Shown here: positions 1-7,636 of the stretch, piece by piece
Layout of the letters: every line of letters starts with the position of its first letter
Position numbering within the stretch: position 1 is the stretch's first letter
Source of the DNA: an uncultured archaeon
GTDB taxonomy: Archaea > Asgardarchaeota > Heimdallarchaeia > Heimdallarchaeales > Heimdallarchaeaceae
Assembly (NCBI GenBank): GCA_964534625.1
Contig: CAZHRF010000064.1
Coordinates: forward strand, 1-13,322
Reading direction: 5' to 3'
Length of the DNA: 13,322 nucleotides
Program-made: the position numbers and the translations under genes
Notes under the pieces: generated by a model
Database searches by the model: none
The model's input: only the letters and a program-made list of their open reading frames with translations
What the model was told of the DNA's origin: nothing

Positions 1-521
1 GACGCAACGATTGGTTGCATAAAATAACCACCCAACTAGCCGAATTGTATGATGTGGTTATCCTCGAAGACTTGAACATGAAAGGTATGCAACAATTTAG
101 TACGGGTGTTAGTAAATCGGTAACGTTAGACTTTCCATGGGGTGAGTTCGTACGGTTGTTGGAATACAAGCTCGAAGAACGGGGAAAGTATTTGGTAAAA
201 GTAGATAGATTTTTTCCTTCCAGTAAACAGTGTTCGACATGTGGATACAAACATAACGACTTACGATTATCAGACCGAGAGTGGAAGTGTCCCGTTTGTG
301 GTACATGCCATGACCGAGACGTTAACGCTTCCCGTAACGTATACTCTGAAGGATGTAGAATCCTTGAAGAGTCTGGTGTATCAATTCTACGTACTGTCGG
401 GACGACAGGAACTCTAGACGACGCTTGTGGAGAAGCGATAAGCCCTCATAGTACTAGTGATAGTACTATTGTTCTTGATTTTGAGGCTACTTCGTTGAAC
501 CAAGAAACCATCTGCCTTTAG
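1..521 (+). CDS. tnpB: IS200/IS605-family RNA-guided nuclease TnpB, C-terminal part (5' end outside window)
   Basis: Frame is open from the window edge (RNDWLHKITTQLA...). RuvC-II ILEDL, zinc ribbon CSTC...CPVC and RuvC-III HDRDVNASRN are present. Stop TAG at 519-521. Confidence 0.95.
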   Translation, partial: RNDWLHKITTQLAELYDVVILEDLNMKGMQQFSTGVSKSVTLDFPWGEFVRLLEYKLEERGKYLVKVDRFFPSSKQCSTCGYKHNDLRLSDREWKCPVCGTCHDRDVNASRNVYSEGCRILEESGVSILRTVGTTGTLDDACGEAISPHSTSDSTIVLDFEATSLNQETICL

Positions 522-536
522 GCTGTGGTAGTTCAT
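1..536 (+). mobile_element. Right part of an IS200/IS605-family element
   Basis: tnpB is followed by a subterminal imperfect hairpin ACCATCTGCC-TTTA-GGCTGTGGT (507-529) and then AGTTCAT. The right-end cleavage site is inferred after TCAT (~536). Composition turns sharply T-rich afterwards. Confidence 0.85.
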
Positions 537-556
537 CGTATTCAATCTAAGGTTAA
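390..556 (+). ncRNA. Putative TnpB omegaRNA (reRNA) scaffold plus flanking guide
   Basis: Hairpin CTGTCG/CGACAG (394-408); long stem ~423-504 (CTTG/CAAG, GAAG/CTTC, AGCC-CTCA/TGAGGCT) containing ATAGTACTA-GTGA-TAGTACTAT (448-469); terminal hairpin 507-529. It overlaps the tnpB 3' end, as known for omegaRNAs. Boundaries are approximate. Confidence 0.7.
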
Positions 557-608
557 TTCTCGTTTGTTCATTTATGTTTCTATGTTTCTTTTGCGTTTAT
601 GCTTATCT

Positions 609-627
609 GAAAACTTTTTTATACATA
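609..627 (+). promoter_or_regulatory. Putative archaeal BRE/TATA promoter for the threonine dehydrogenase gene
   Basis: GAAAACTTTTTTATACATA lies ~30 nt upstream of ATG 654, with no SD sequence. Confidence 0.45.
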
Positions 628-653
628 TTGATTCTTTGTTAGTTGAGACATAT

Positions 654-1595
654 ATGAAACGCGTTTTAATTACTGGTAGTTGTGGCCAGATAGGTCAAGT
701 TTTAACCCCTTTTTTAGCTAAGAGATATGGCAAAGGAAATATTATTGCTACAGATTTGTATAAACCAATTTCGTTATTTAAAGAAAAAGATCTCCACTAT
801 CATCGTTGTGATGTTAGAGATCAATCAAGATTACTTCAGCTATGTGCTGATTATGATATTGATATCCTTATACATAACGCTTCACTCCTATCAGCTACTG
901 GTGAAAAAAATCCTCAATTGGCTCATGAAGTAAATTTTGAGGGGTTCTATAACGCATTAGAAACCACGAGAAAGCTTCAATTAGACCAACTCTTTTCACC
1001 AAGTTCAATAGCTGCATTTGGACCTTCTACTCCCAAAACTAATACACCAAATGATGTAATTATGCGTCCTACTACTATTTATGGTGTAAGCAAGGTTTAT
1101 GTTGAACTGCTGGGTGAATACTATCATAAGAAATATGATATTGACTTTCGTTCTTTAAGATATCCGGGTATAATATCACCTGAAGAACCTGGTGGGGGAA
1201 CAACAGATTGGGCCATATGGGTATTCTGGGAAGCACTAAGGAATAAGCAGTATACCTGTTTCTTAGAAAAAGATACTAGTTTGCCTATGATGTATATGCC
1301 TGATTGTATTAAATCCACCATAGAATTAATAGAAACGGACAATGCTAAACTAAAGCATCGTTCGTTTAATGTGACTGCATTTAGTTTAGCTCCTAAAGAT
1401 GTAGTGGAACCAATAAAAGAACATATACCCGAATTCAAGATGGTATATGAACCAGATTATCGCCAAGAAATAGCTGAATCATGGCCAGAATCAATAGATG
1501 ATAGTTCAGCACGTGAAGAATGGGGATGGGAAGCTGATTACGATATACCAAAGATGACTAAAGACATGTTAGAAAAAATTTCTACTATGCTTTAA
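654..1595 (+). CDS. NAD-dependent L-threonine 3-dehydrogenase (extended SDR, epimerase-like family)
   Basis: MKRVLITGSCGQIG Rossmann motif, PSSIAAFGP, catalytic YGVSK, FRSLRYPG, PGGGTTDWA and LPMMYMPD are typical of SDR-type TDH. Start is reassigned from 525 to ATG 654. Confidence 0.88.
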   Translation: MKRVLITGSCGQIGQVLTPFLAKRYGKGNIIATDLYKPISLFKEKDLHYHRCDVRDQSRLLQLCADYDIDILIHNASLLSATGEKNPQLAHEVNFEGFYNALETTRKLQLDQLFSPSSIAAFGPSTPKTNTPNDVIMRPTTIYGVSKVYVELLGEYYHKKYDIDFRSLRYPGIISPEEPGGGTTDWAIWVFWEALRNKQYTCFLEKDTSLPMMYMPDCIKSTIELIETDNAKLKHRSFNVTAFSLAPKDVVEPIKEHIPEFKMVYEPDYRQEIAESWPESIDDSSAREEWGWEADYDIPKMTKDMLEKISTML

Positions 1596-1625
1596 AATGG
1601 AAAGTAGTAGTTAATGGACCTATCC

Positions 1626-1645
1626 TCTTGTTTTCAATTTTTTTT
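1626..1645 (+). terminator. Oligo-T archaeal-type terminator
   Basis: T-rich run (TCTTGTTTTCAATTTTTTTT) ~30-50 nt after the stop at 1595. Confidence 0.45.
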
Positions 1646-1707
1646 ACTAATCCCAAAAAAGAAAAGTCTTTAATTGAGTTATCAATTTTTCTTTTGGTGT
1701 CACAAGA

Positions 1708-4485
1708 ATGAAAATAGGTTTAACATATGATGATGTATTATTAGTTCCTAAAAAATCTCCTGTTAGATCTCGTAGAGAAGTGGATACTTCTACTAGATTA
1801 TCAAGAAATATCAAATTAAACATTCCCATAGTATCTTCAAATATGGATACTGTCACTGAACATGCTATGGCTATTACTATGGCTCAACAAGGAGGAATAG
1901 GAATCATTCATCGATTTATGCCAATTGAAGCACAAGTCAAAGAAGTTAATAAAGTTAAAAGATCAGAAATGATTCGTATTGATACGCCTTACTGTGTTAA
2001 ACCATGGCAAACATTAAGAGATGCTCAATCTTTTATGGACGAAAAAGATGTTTCAGGTTTGCTTGTCGTTGATAGTGATAACAAGCTTAAAGGCATTTTA
2101 ACCTCTAGAGATATGCGTTTCGAAGATAAAAAAGATGTACCTGTTAAGGATTTAATGACTACTGATCTTATTACTGCTTCACCTGATATTCACATGGAAG
2201 AAGCAAAAACTATTTTGAAAGAAAATCGTATAGAAAAATTACCGCTTATTGATGAGAGTGGGTATCTCCAAGGGCTAATTACAGCAAAAGATATCATGTT
2301 AGCTAAAAGTTTACCTAATGCTTCAAAAGATGCTAAAGGGCGACTTATTGTGGGTGCAGCTATTGGCGTAGCTGGTGATTATCTTAAACGCACAGAAGCA
2401 TTGATTAATGCTAATGTAGATGTACTAGTTTTAGATATAGCACATGGTCACTCAGATATTGCCATTAATGCGATGAAAGAAATACGAAAAAACTTTGGGG
2501 ATGTAGAATTAATAGTTGGAAATGTAGCTACAGCTGAAGGAACTAAAGAGCTTATTGAAGCAGGGGCAGATGGCATCAAGGTGGGTGTAGGACCTGGAAG
2601 TATTTGTTTTGAAAAAGATGCACTTGTAATTATGGGCGATTATTCAGTTAAAGAAATAAAAGATGTTCGAATAGGAGACCAAGTAATTACTCACAAAAAT
2701 AGAAAAAGGATCGTAACGAAAAAATACAAGCGTAAATACACAGGTAAAATACTGGAAATAAATGTAAAAGGTTCACCTGGTAAAATAAAGACAACTCCAG
2801 AACATCCCTTCTTTGCTATAACTCTAGATTCTGATGAAGAAAAAATAAAGAAATATGGATCAAAATATTATTTTGAGAAACAAAAATATAACAAAGGATT
2901 GAAATGGACGAAAGCTTCCCGTCTAAAAAAAGGAGATATTCTTGTTATCCCTAGAACAACTGTAAGAAAGGTAAAGGATAAGAAATTTGATTTAACAGAC
3001 TATTTAGATTGCCAGTTTGACGATTCAAAAGTATGGTCTACCAAAGTTGGTTTCAATCCTAATGATCAGAGCTATGAAGATTTAGCAAGTAAATTCTCTA
3101 CAACAAAAAGAATAATAGGTAATATTGTCCAAGGTGGTAAATCCGTTGATATGGAGTTAAACCATGTAGTTAATTCCTATCTGGATGATGTTCAATATCA
3201 GCGAGAAATTGAACCATTATCACTAAATCGACACATAGAACTTGATAAGGATTTAATGAAGCTCTTTGGGTATTTTATTGCAGAAGGTTATGTGTGTGGA
3301 GCTAAGAACAATAGAAGTTTACGTTTTGCCTTTTCCAGAGATGAAATAGAGTATCAACAAGAAGTAATGCAATTGGTTAAGAAGATATTTGGCTACGAAA
3401 ATTCGAAGATTAGGCATCATAAAACGAGAAATGCAACTGTCGTTAATGTTTACTCACATTACATAGCTTCATTTTTTGAACGTTTATTCCCATTAGGAGC
3501 TAAAAACAAAAAACTTCCAGAATTCTTACTCGAACAAGATACTGATAAAATAGTTAGTTTCATTAGAGGAGCAATTAACGGAGATGGGAGCATTAAAGGC
3601 AAAAAAAGAGTGACATATAAGACAGTGTCAAAAGATTTAGCATTTCAGTTTAGTGAATTATTAACTAGAGTAGGCTTCTTACCAACAATTTCTAAAGAAA
3701 AACCAAAAAACAAAAAATGGAGCAGTATATATAGAATAAATATTTCAGGTTCACAATATATTAGATTTATGAATATGGTTTATCCTGAGGTAGAAATAAG
3801 TGAATCAAAATCTGCACAACAAATATGGGCTGATGAATCGTATATTTATTTATCAATAATGAGTGTTACGTCAAAGCATAAGGAAACTGTTGTTTATAAT
3901 CTAGAAGTTGATGAGGACAATACATATTTGGTCAATAGAATTGCTGTTCATAATTGCATAACCAGACTTGTTGCGGGTGCTGGTGTTCCTCAGCTTACTG
4001 CTGTAATGGATTCTCGTGAAGTAGCCAAAGATTATGCTATCCCTCTTATCGCTGATGGTGGTATAAGAAGATCTGGCGATATAGCTAAGGCAATAGCTGC
4101 TGGGGCTGATACTGTCATGATCGGTAATTTACTAGCTGGAACAGAAGAAAGCCCAGGTACAGCTATATTGCGTAGGGGTAGTAGATATAAAATCATACGA
4201 GGTATGGCGTCTTTAGGTGCTACTTTAGGAAGAGAGGCTAAAGAAAAGAAAGGCTCATTTGATGATTTAGATCTTGATTCAGTTGTACCAGAAGGCGTTG
4301 AAGCTATGGTACCATATAGAGGAAGTGCTGTAGATATGCTTGTTCAATTAGTAGGTGGATTAAGAAGTGGTATAAGTTACTGTGGAGCCTCTTCAATCAA
4401 AGAAATGCAAAAGAACGCTGAATTTATCCGTATTACCCAAGCAGGAAAAAAAGAGTCACAAAGTCATGATGTGGAACTAGTTTAA
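1708..4485 (+). CDS. guaB: IMP dehydrogenase/GMP reductase family enzyme with CBS pair, containing an intein (925-aa precursor, 475 aa spliced); possibly a GMP reductase functionally
   Basis: [23 protein letters not shown], tandem CBS domains, DIAHGHS, GNVAT, GVGPGSI|[13 protein letters not shown] (reconstituted after intein removal), [21 protein letters not shown]. Confidence 0.92.
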   Translation: MKIGLTYDDVLLVPKKSPVRSRREVDTSTRLSRNIKLNIPIVSSNMDTVTEHAMAITMAQQGGIGIIHRFMPIEAQVKEVNKVKRSEMIRIDTPYCVKPWQTLRDAQSFMDEKDVSGLLVVDSDNKLKGILTSRDMRFEDKKDVPVKDLMTTDLITASPDIHMEEAKTILKENRIEKLPLIDESGYLQGLITAKDIMLAKSLPNASKDAKGRLIVGAAIGVAGDYLKRTEALINANVDVLVLDIAHGHSDIAINAMKEIRKNFGDVELIVGNVATAEGTKELIEAGADGIKVGVGPGSICFEKDALVIMGDYSVKEIKDVRIGDQVITHKNRKRIVTKKYKRKYTGKILEINVKGSPGKIKTTPEHPFFAITLDSDEEKIKKYGSKYYFEKQKYNKGLKWTKASRLKKGDILVIPRTTVRKVKDKKFDLTDYLDCQFDDSKVWSTKVGFNPNDQSYEDLASKFSTTKRIIGNIVQGGKSVDMELNHVVNSYLDDVQYQREIEPLSLNRHIELDKDLMKLFGYFIAEGYVCGAKNNRSLRFAFSRDEIEYQQEVMQLVKKIFGYENSKIRHHKTRNATVVNVYSHYIASFFERLFPLGAKNKKLPEFLLEQDTDKIVSFIRGAINGDGSIKGKKRVTYKTVSKDLAFQFSELLTRVGFLPTISKEKPKNKKWSSIYRINISGSQYIRFMNMVYPEVEISESKSAQQIWADESYIYLSIMSVTSKHKETVVYNLEVDEDNTYLVNRIAVHNCITRLVAGAGVPQLTAVMDSREVAKDYAIPLIADGGIRRSGDIAKAIAAGADTVMIGNLLAGTEESPGTAILRRGSRYKIIRGMASLGATLGREAKEKKGSFDDLDLDSVVPEGVEAMVPYRGSAVDMLVQLVGGLRSGISYCGASSIKEMQKNAEFIRITQAGKKESQSHDVELV
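2605..3954 (+). mobile_element. Intein with LAGLIDADG homing endonuclease (450 aa, residues 300-749 of precursor)
   Basis: Block A CFEKDALV, block [19 protein letters not shown]-like motifs LFGYFIAEG and [10 protein letters not shown], block [13 protein letters not shown], block G VHN followed by extein Cys+1. Confidence 0.96.
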
Positions 4486-4514
4486 AAAATCCACAACATA
4501 AAGAGGTTGAAAAA

Positions 4515-5972
4515 ATGCAAAAGAAAACCCTCGTTGGTGTAGTATTATTTAAGAATGGACAAAAAGAGCATGATATTAAATTACTAATAACCAAAGATAA
4601 AAATGTTGATTTTTTGCCTGATTTTTACGGATCATTTGTTACAGAGGTAGAAGAGCGAGATAGAGCAGTATATAAGATATTAATTCAAGGACAGGGGGAA
4701 ATTGTTCCTAATATGCTTGAACGTATTACTGCCTTTAGATTACTTTATGAAAGAGGGTTTTTTAAGAAAAAGAAAGTAAATCTAGGTAGAAATGAAAAAT
4801 TTATGACGGGAATAAAAAAGATAGACCCTATATATCTTAATCTGATCCTCCAATCATTTTTTTTATGTAGAAAACAAATAACAATCTACCAAGAATATGA
4901 ATATTTAATTAATTATTTTATTCTAATACAGTCTCCACCATATAAATTGGGTTTTTTAAATTATTTTTTGAAGAATAATAAATTAATAAAGTCCCAAAAA
5001 TTGTTGAAAAAATACTATAAAATGGAGTTTTTAGTTGAACCTTTTATTATTGAGCTTCTCAAATTTAAAAGAGAAAATGGGGTGAGTTTTTTAGAAGCTG
5101 TAAGAGCAAAAAAGATGGCTTTTACAACAAATCCAGTTGAACAATATGAAATACTACCACATATATATCGTTTTAGCGTGGTATTTCCTGCCTTTCCAAA
5201 TTTACATTCAACAAACTGTTATGTAATAGGTAATAATAAAAAATACATTATTGACCCTGGAGCAGCAAATGAAAAATATCTGACCTATTTACTCAAGTAT
5301 CTTGATAGACACAAAAAACAGCTAGAAGGGATATTGATTTCCCATGAACATAGCGAACATAGCAATTATGCCCAATTTCTTAAAAAAAGATATAACCTAC
5401 CTATTTTTGCGTCTAAACAAGCTATAAAAACCTTAGAGCCAGATATAACAGTAAATGGGTACTTAAAAGATCAACAAATAATTAATTTGGGATACTATAC
5501 GCATCTGGACGATAAAAAATGGTCTTTAAAAATCATTGAGATCAAAGGACATACTAATGGTTCCATCGGTTTTTATGATAATAGAGGAATCATGTTTACT
5601 GGGGATGCAGTGCTAAGGGAGTTAAAAGGCGTAGTAGATCCATATAGAGGAGACTTAGATGAGTATGAAAAGTCATTAAAGAAAATTCATCTATATAAAC
5701 CAAAGTTTATACTCCCAGGTCATGGCGATGTGATAACTAAAATATCAAGAGAGATACGAGAGGATAGGAAGTGCATAAAAAAGAGAAAGAAATTAATTAT
5801 TAAATGCATAAAAGAGGGAAATTCACATCCTACAGAAATCGATCAACAACTTAAACCACATTTAGATGGTAAATATAAACGATTAACTAGACTTATCCGT
5901 CATGTGTATCTACAAAACTTGGTTGAAAATAAAGAGGTACATAGACGCGGAGAAAATTATTATTTGAAGTAA
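4515..5972 (+). CDS. Metallo-beta-lactamase-fold hydrolase (LACTB2/glyoxalase II-like) with a large N-terminal extension
   Basis: TNCYVIG, IIDPG, ISHEHSEH (variant HxHxDH), GHT, FTGD, PGHG and a C-terminal winged-helix-like end. SD-like GAGGTTGA upstream; 29 nt after the guaB-like gene. Confidence 0.8.
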   Translation: MQKKTLVGVVLFKNGQKEHDIKLLITKDKNVDFLPDFYGSFVTEVEERDRAVYKILIQGQGEIVPNMLERITAFRLLYERGFFKKKKVNLGRNEKFMTGIKKIDPIYLNLILQSFFLCRKQITIYQEYEYLINYFILIQSPPYKLGFLNYFLKNNKLIKSQKLLKKYYKMEFLVEPFIIELLKFKRENGVSFLEAVRAKKMAFTTNPVEQYEILPHIYRFSVVFPAFPNLHSTNCYVIGNNKKYIIDPGAANEKYLTYLLKYLDRHKKQLEGILISHEHSEHSNYAQFLKKRYNLPIFASKQAIKTLEPDITVNGYLKDQQIINLGYYTHLDDKKWSLKIIEIKGHTNGSIGFYDNRGIMFTGDAVLRELKGVVDPYRGDLDEYEKSLKKIHLYKPKFILPGHGDVITKISREIREDRKCIKKRKKLIIKCIKEGNSHPTEIDQQLKPHLDGKYKRLTRLIRHVYLQNLVENKEVHRRGENYYLK

Positions 5973-6069
5973 AACTATGACTATGAAAAAAAATGTATAA
6001 TTGTTAAGTGATAATTCAAAATATTATTGTCCCTAATCTTGTACGCAGTTTTTATGATATAACTTATCG

Positions 6070-6106
6070 GTTAAAAGTATATTTTTAACATAAAAATTTA
6101 TCAATA
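6070..6106 (+). promoter_or_regulatory. Inverted repeat plus putative BRE/TATA upstream of the rdhA-like gene
   Basis: GTTAAAA-N6-TTTTAAC (6070-6089), followed by AAAAATTTATCAATA ending ~20 nt before ATG 6127. Confidence 0.35.
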
Positions 6107-6126
6107 TGTATCCTACAAGTTGAATT

Positions 6127-7575
6127 ATGCCTTTATCTATAGGTCATGATTGTAATATTAACATGTGTAGTCAAGAATGTGTGAATATATGCCCTCAAAA
6201 TAAACGAGAAAAAGAAGCAATCAGAATAAATAAAGATACACAACTAGCTGAAATTAACAAAAAGCATTGTATTGAATGCTATAGGTGTATATCTGTTTGT
6301 CCATTACAAGTAATAACCGTGAACGATGGTCATGTTTCAAAGGCTCACCGTAGAAAAAAACAAGTAGATCAAAAACAAAAAAATATTATCTTCCAAATTG
6401 ATGAAGATTCATATACTCAAATGAGTGAAAGAAATACTGTTTTTGCTAGAGTTGGCTGGGATGAGGATTTTGAGGGCTATCATAAAGGTATATTTGAGAA
6501 TGCTCATAAAAAAATCCAACAAGGAATAGATGGTTATTCTGATATAGAACTAGCAGCTGTAAAAGCATCTTGGAAGATAGAAAACATAATCACCTATATG
6601 GAAAGGCAGCAAAGACAAAAGAAGGAGAAAGAAGAGAATATTGAAAAAGCGAAAGATGGACACAAAAATCTTTCTTCAAAACCAACAGAAAACATCCATA
6701 ATGAACCATCGAATAATAAGCAAAAAAGATATTCTATTGAAGATCCAGCTAAAATGACTTGGTGGTTGAAAAAAATTGCCAAGTTTTATGGATGTGATCT
6801 TATTGGTATAACTCCTTTAGATACAAAATGGTTATATTCTGAAGATAGAACGGGAGAACCATATGACTTTCCTGAAGAATTAACCTCTGCTATTGTTATT
6901 GCTGTTCAAATGGATATAGATGCCATTAATACTACTCCAAAAATGCCTTCAGCGATTGCTACAGGACTTGGATATTCCAAAATGGCTTTTCTTAGAACAC
7001 TAATCGCTGACTTTATTGAAAATCTCGGATATCAAGCTATACCAGCTGGAAACCAAGGAGGCCTATCGGTCCCTTTATCAGTATTAGCTGGATTGGGTGG
7101 ATATGGAAGAATGGGGCTGTTAATAACTCGAGAATATGGTCCAAGAATACGAATAGCAAAAATATTGACAGATATGCCCTTAAAACCTGATGAACCCGAT
7201 TATAAGTTTATTAAAGCAGTAAAAAGATTTTGTATGACTTGTAAAACTTGTGCAGAAAGATGCCCGAGTAACTCAATCCCATTACATGACGAGCCTAACG
7301 GAAAAATTTATAGCATAAGCAATAATCCTGGAGTGAAAGATAAATTTTACGTAAATGTTGACACTTGTTATATGTTTTGGCATGAAAATGGTGTGGAGTG
7401 CTCGCGTTGCATAGCTGATTGTGAATATAATCATGAGTTTACTTTACCGCATAAAATTGTTAACTGGTTGATAATGAATGTACCATTTTTGAATAGAATT
7501 TGGCCACGAATAGGTAAATTGTTGGGGTATGGTGGTAACAAATCAGCTAAAAAGTTTTGGGAAAAATATCAATAG
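6127..7575 (+). CDS. Reductive dehalogenase (RdhA)-family cobalamin/Fe-S protein with an extra N-terminal 2x[4Fe-4S] domain
   Basis: LKKIAKFYGCDLIGIT, WLYS, AIVIAVQMD, YSKM, FIENLGYQA, PLSVLAGLGGYGRMGLLITREYGPRIRIAKILTDMPL, FCxxCxxCxxxCP and Cx10CxxCxxxC. No twin-arginine signal. Confidence 0.87.
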   Translation: MPLSIGHDCNINMCSQECVNICPQNKREKEAIRINKDTQLAEINKKHCIECYRCISVCPLQVITVNDGHVSKAHRRKKQVDQKQKNIIFQIDEDSYTQMSERNTVFARVGWDEDFEGYHKGIFENAHKKIQQGIDGYSDIELAAVKASWKIENIITYMERQQRQKKEKEENIEKAKDGHKNLSSKPTENIHNEPSNNKQKRYSIEDPAKMTWWLKKIAKFYGCDLIGITPLDTKWLYSEDRTGEPYDFPEELTSAIVIAVQMDIDAINTTPKMPSAIATGLGYSKMAFLRTLIADFIENLGYQAIPAGNQGGLSVPLSVLAGLGGYGRMGLLITREYGPRIRIAKILTDMPLKPDEPDYKFIKAVKRFCMTCKTCAERCPSNSIPLHDEPNGKIYSISNNPGVKDKFYVNVDTCYMFWHENGVECSRCIADCEYNHEFTLPHKIVNWLIMNVPFLNRIWPRIGKLLGYGGNKSAKKFWEKYQ

Positions 7576-7636
7576 ATGAAAAAAGGGAGATAAAATTAAG
7601 AAAACAGAAAACAGTAGTCTTCTAATTAATCACTAC

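Noticed and set aside
109-306. 65-aa minus-strand ORF
   Set aside because: Antisense shadow of tnpB with no motifs.
537-556. Second target site in the window for the predicted TnpB guide
   Set aside because: No matching copy was noticed by eye; this needs a proper search.
525-653. 43-aa N-terminal extension of the dehydrogenase in the ORF track
   Set aside because: It starts at a GTG inside the IS right-end hairpin and runs through T-rich promoter DNA. The Rossmann motif begins right after ATG 654.
727-1856. Short ORFs 727-933 (+), 1124-1438 (-) and 1647-1856 (-)
   Set aside because: They overlap well-supported genes in other frames or strands and show no recognisable features.
6594-6782. 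Hydrophobic 62-aa minus-strand ORF as a possible rdhB anchor
   Set aside because: It lies antisense within rdhA, and its hydrophobicity simply mirrors the A-rich Lys/Glu codons.
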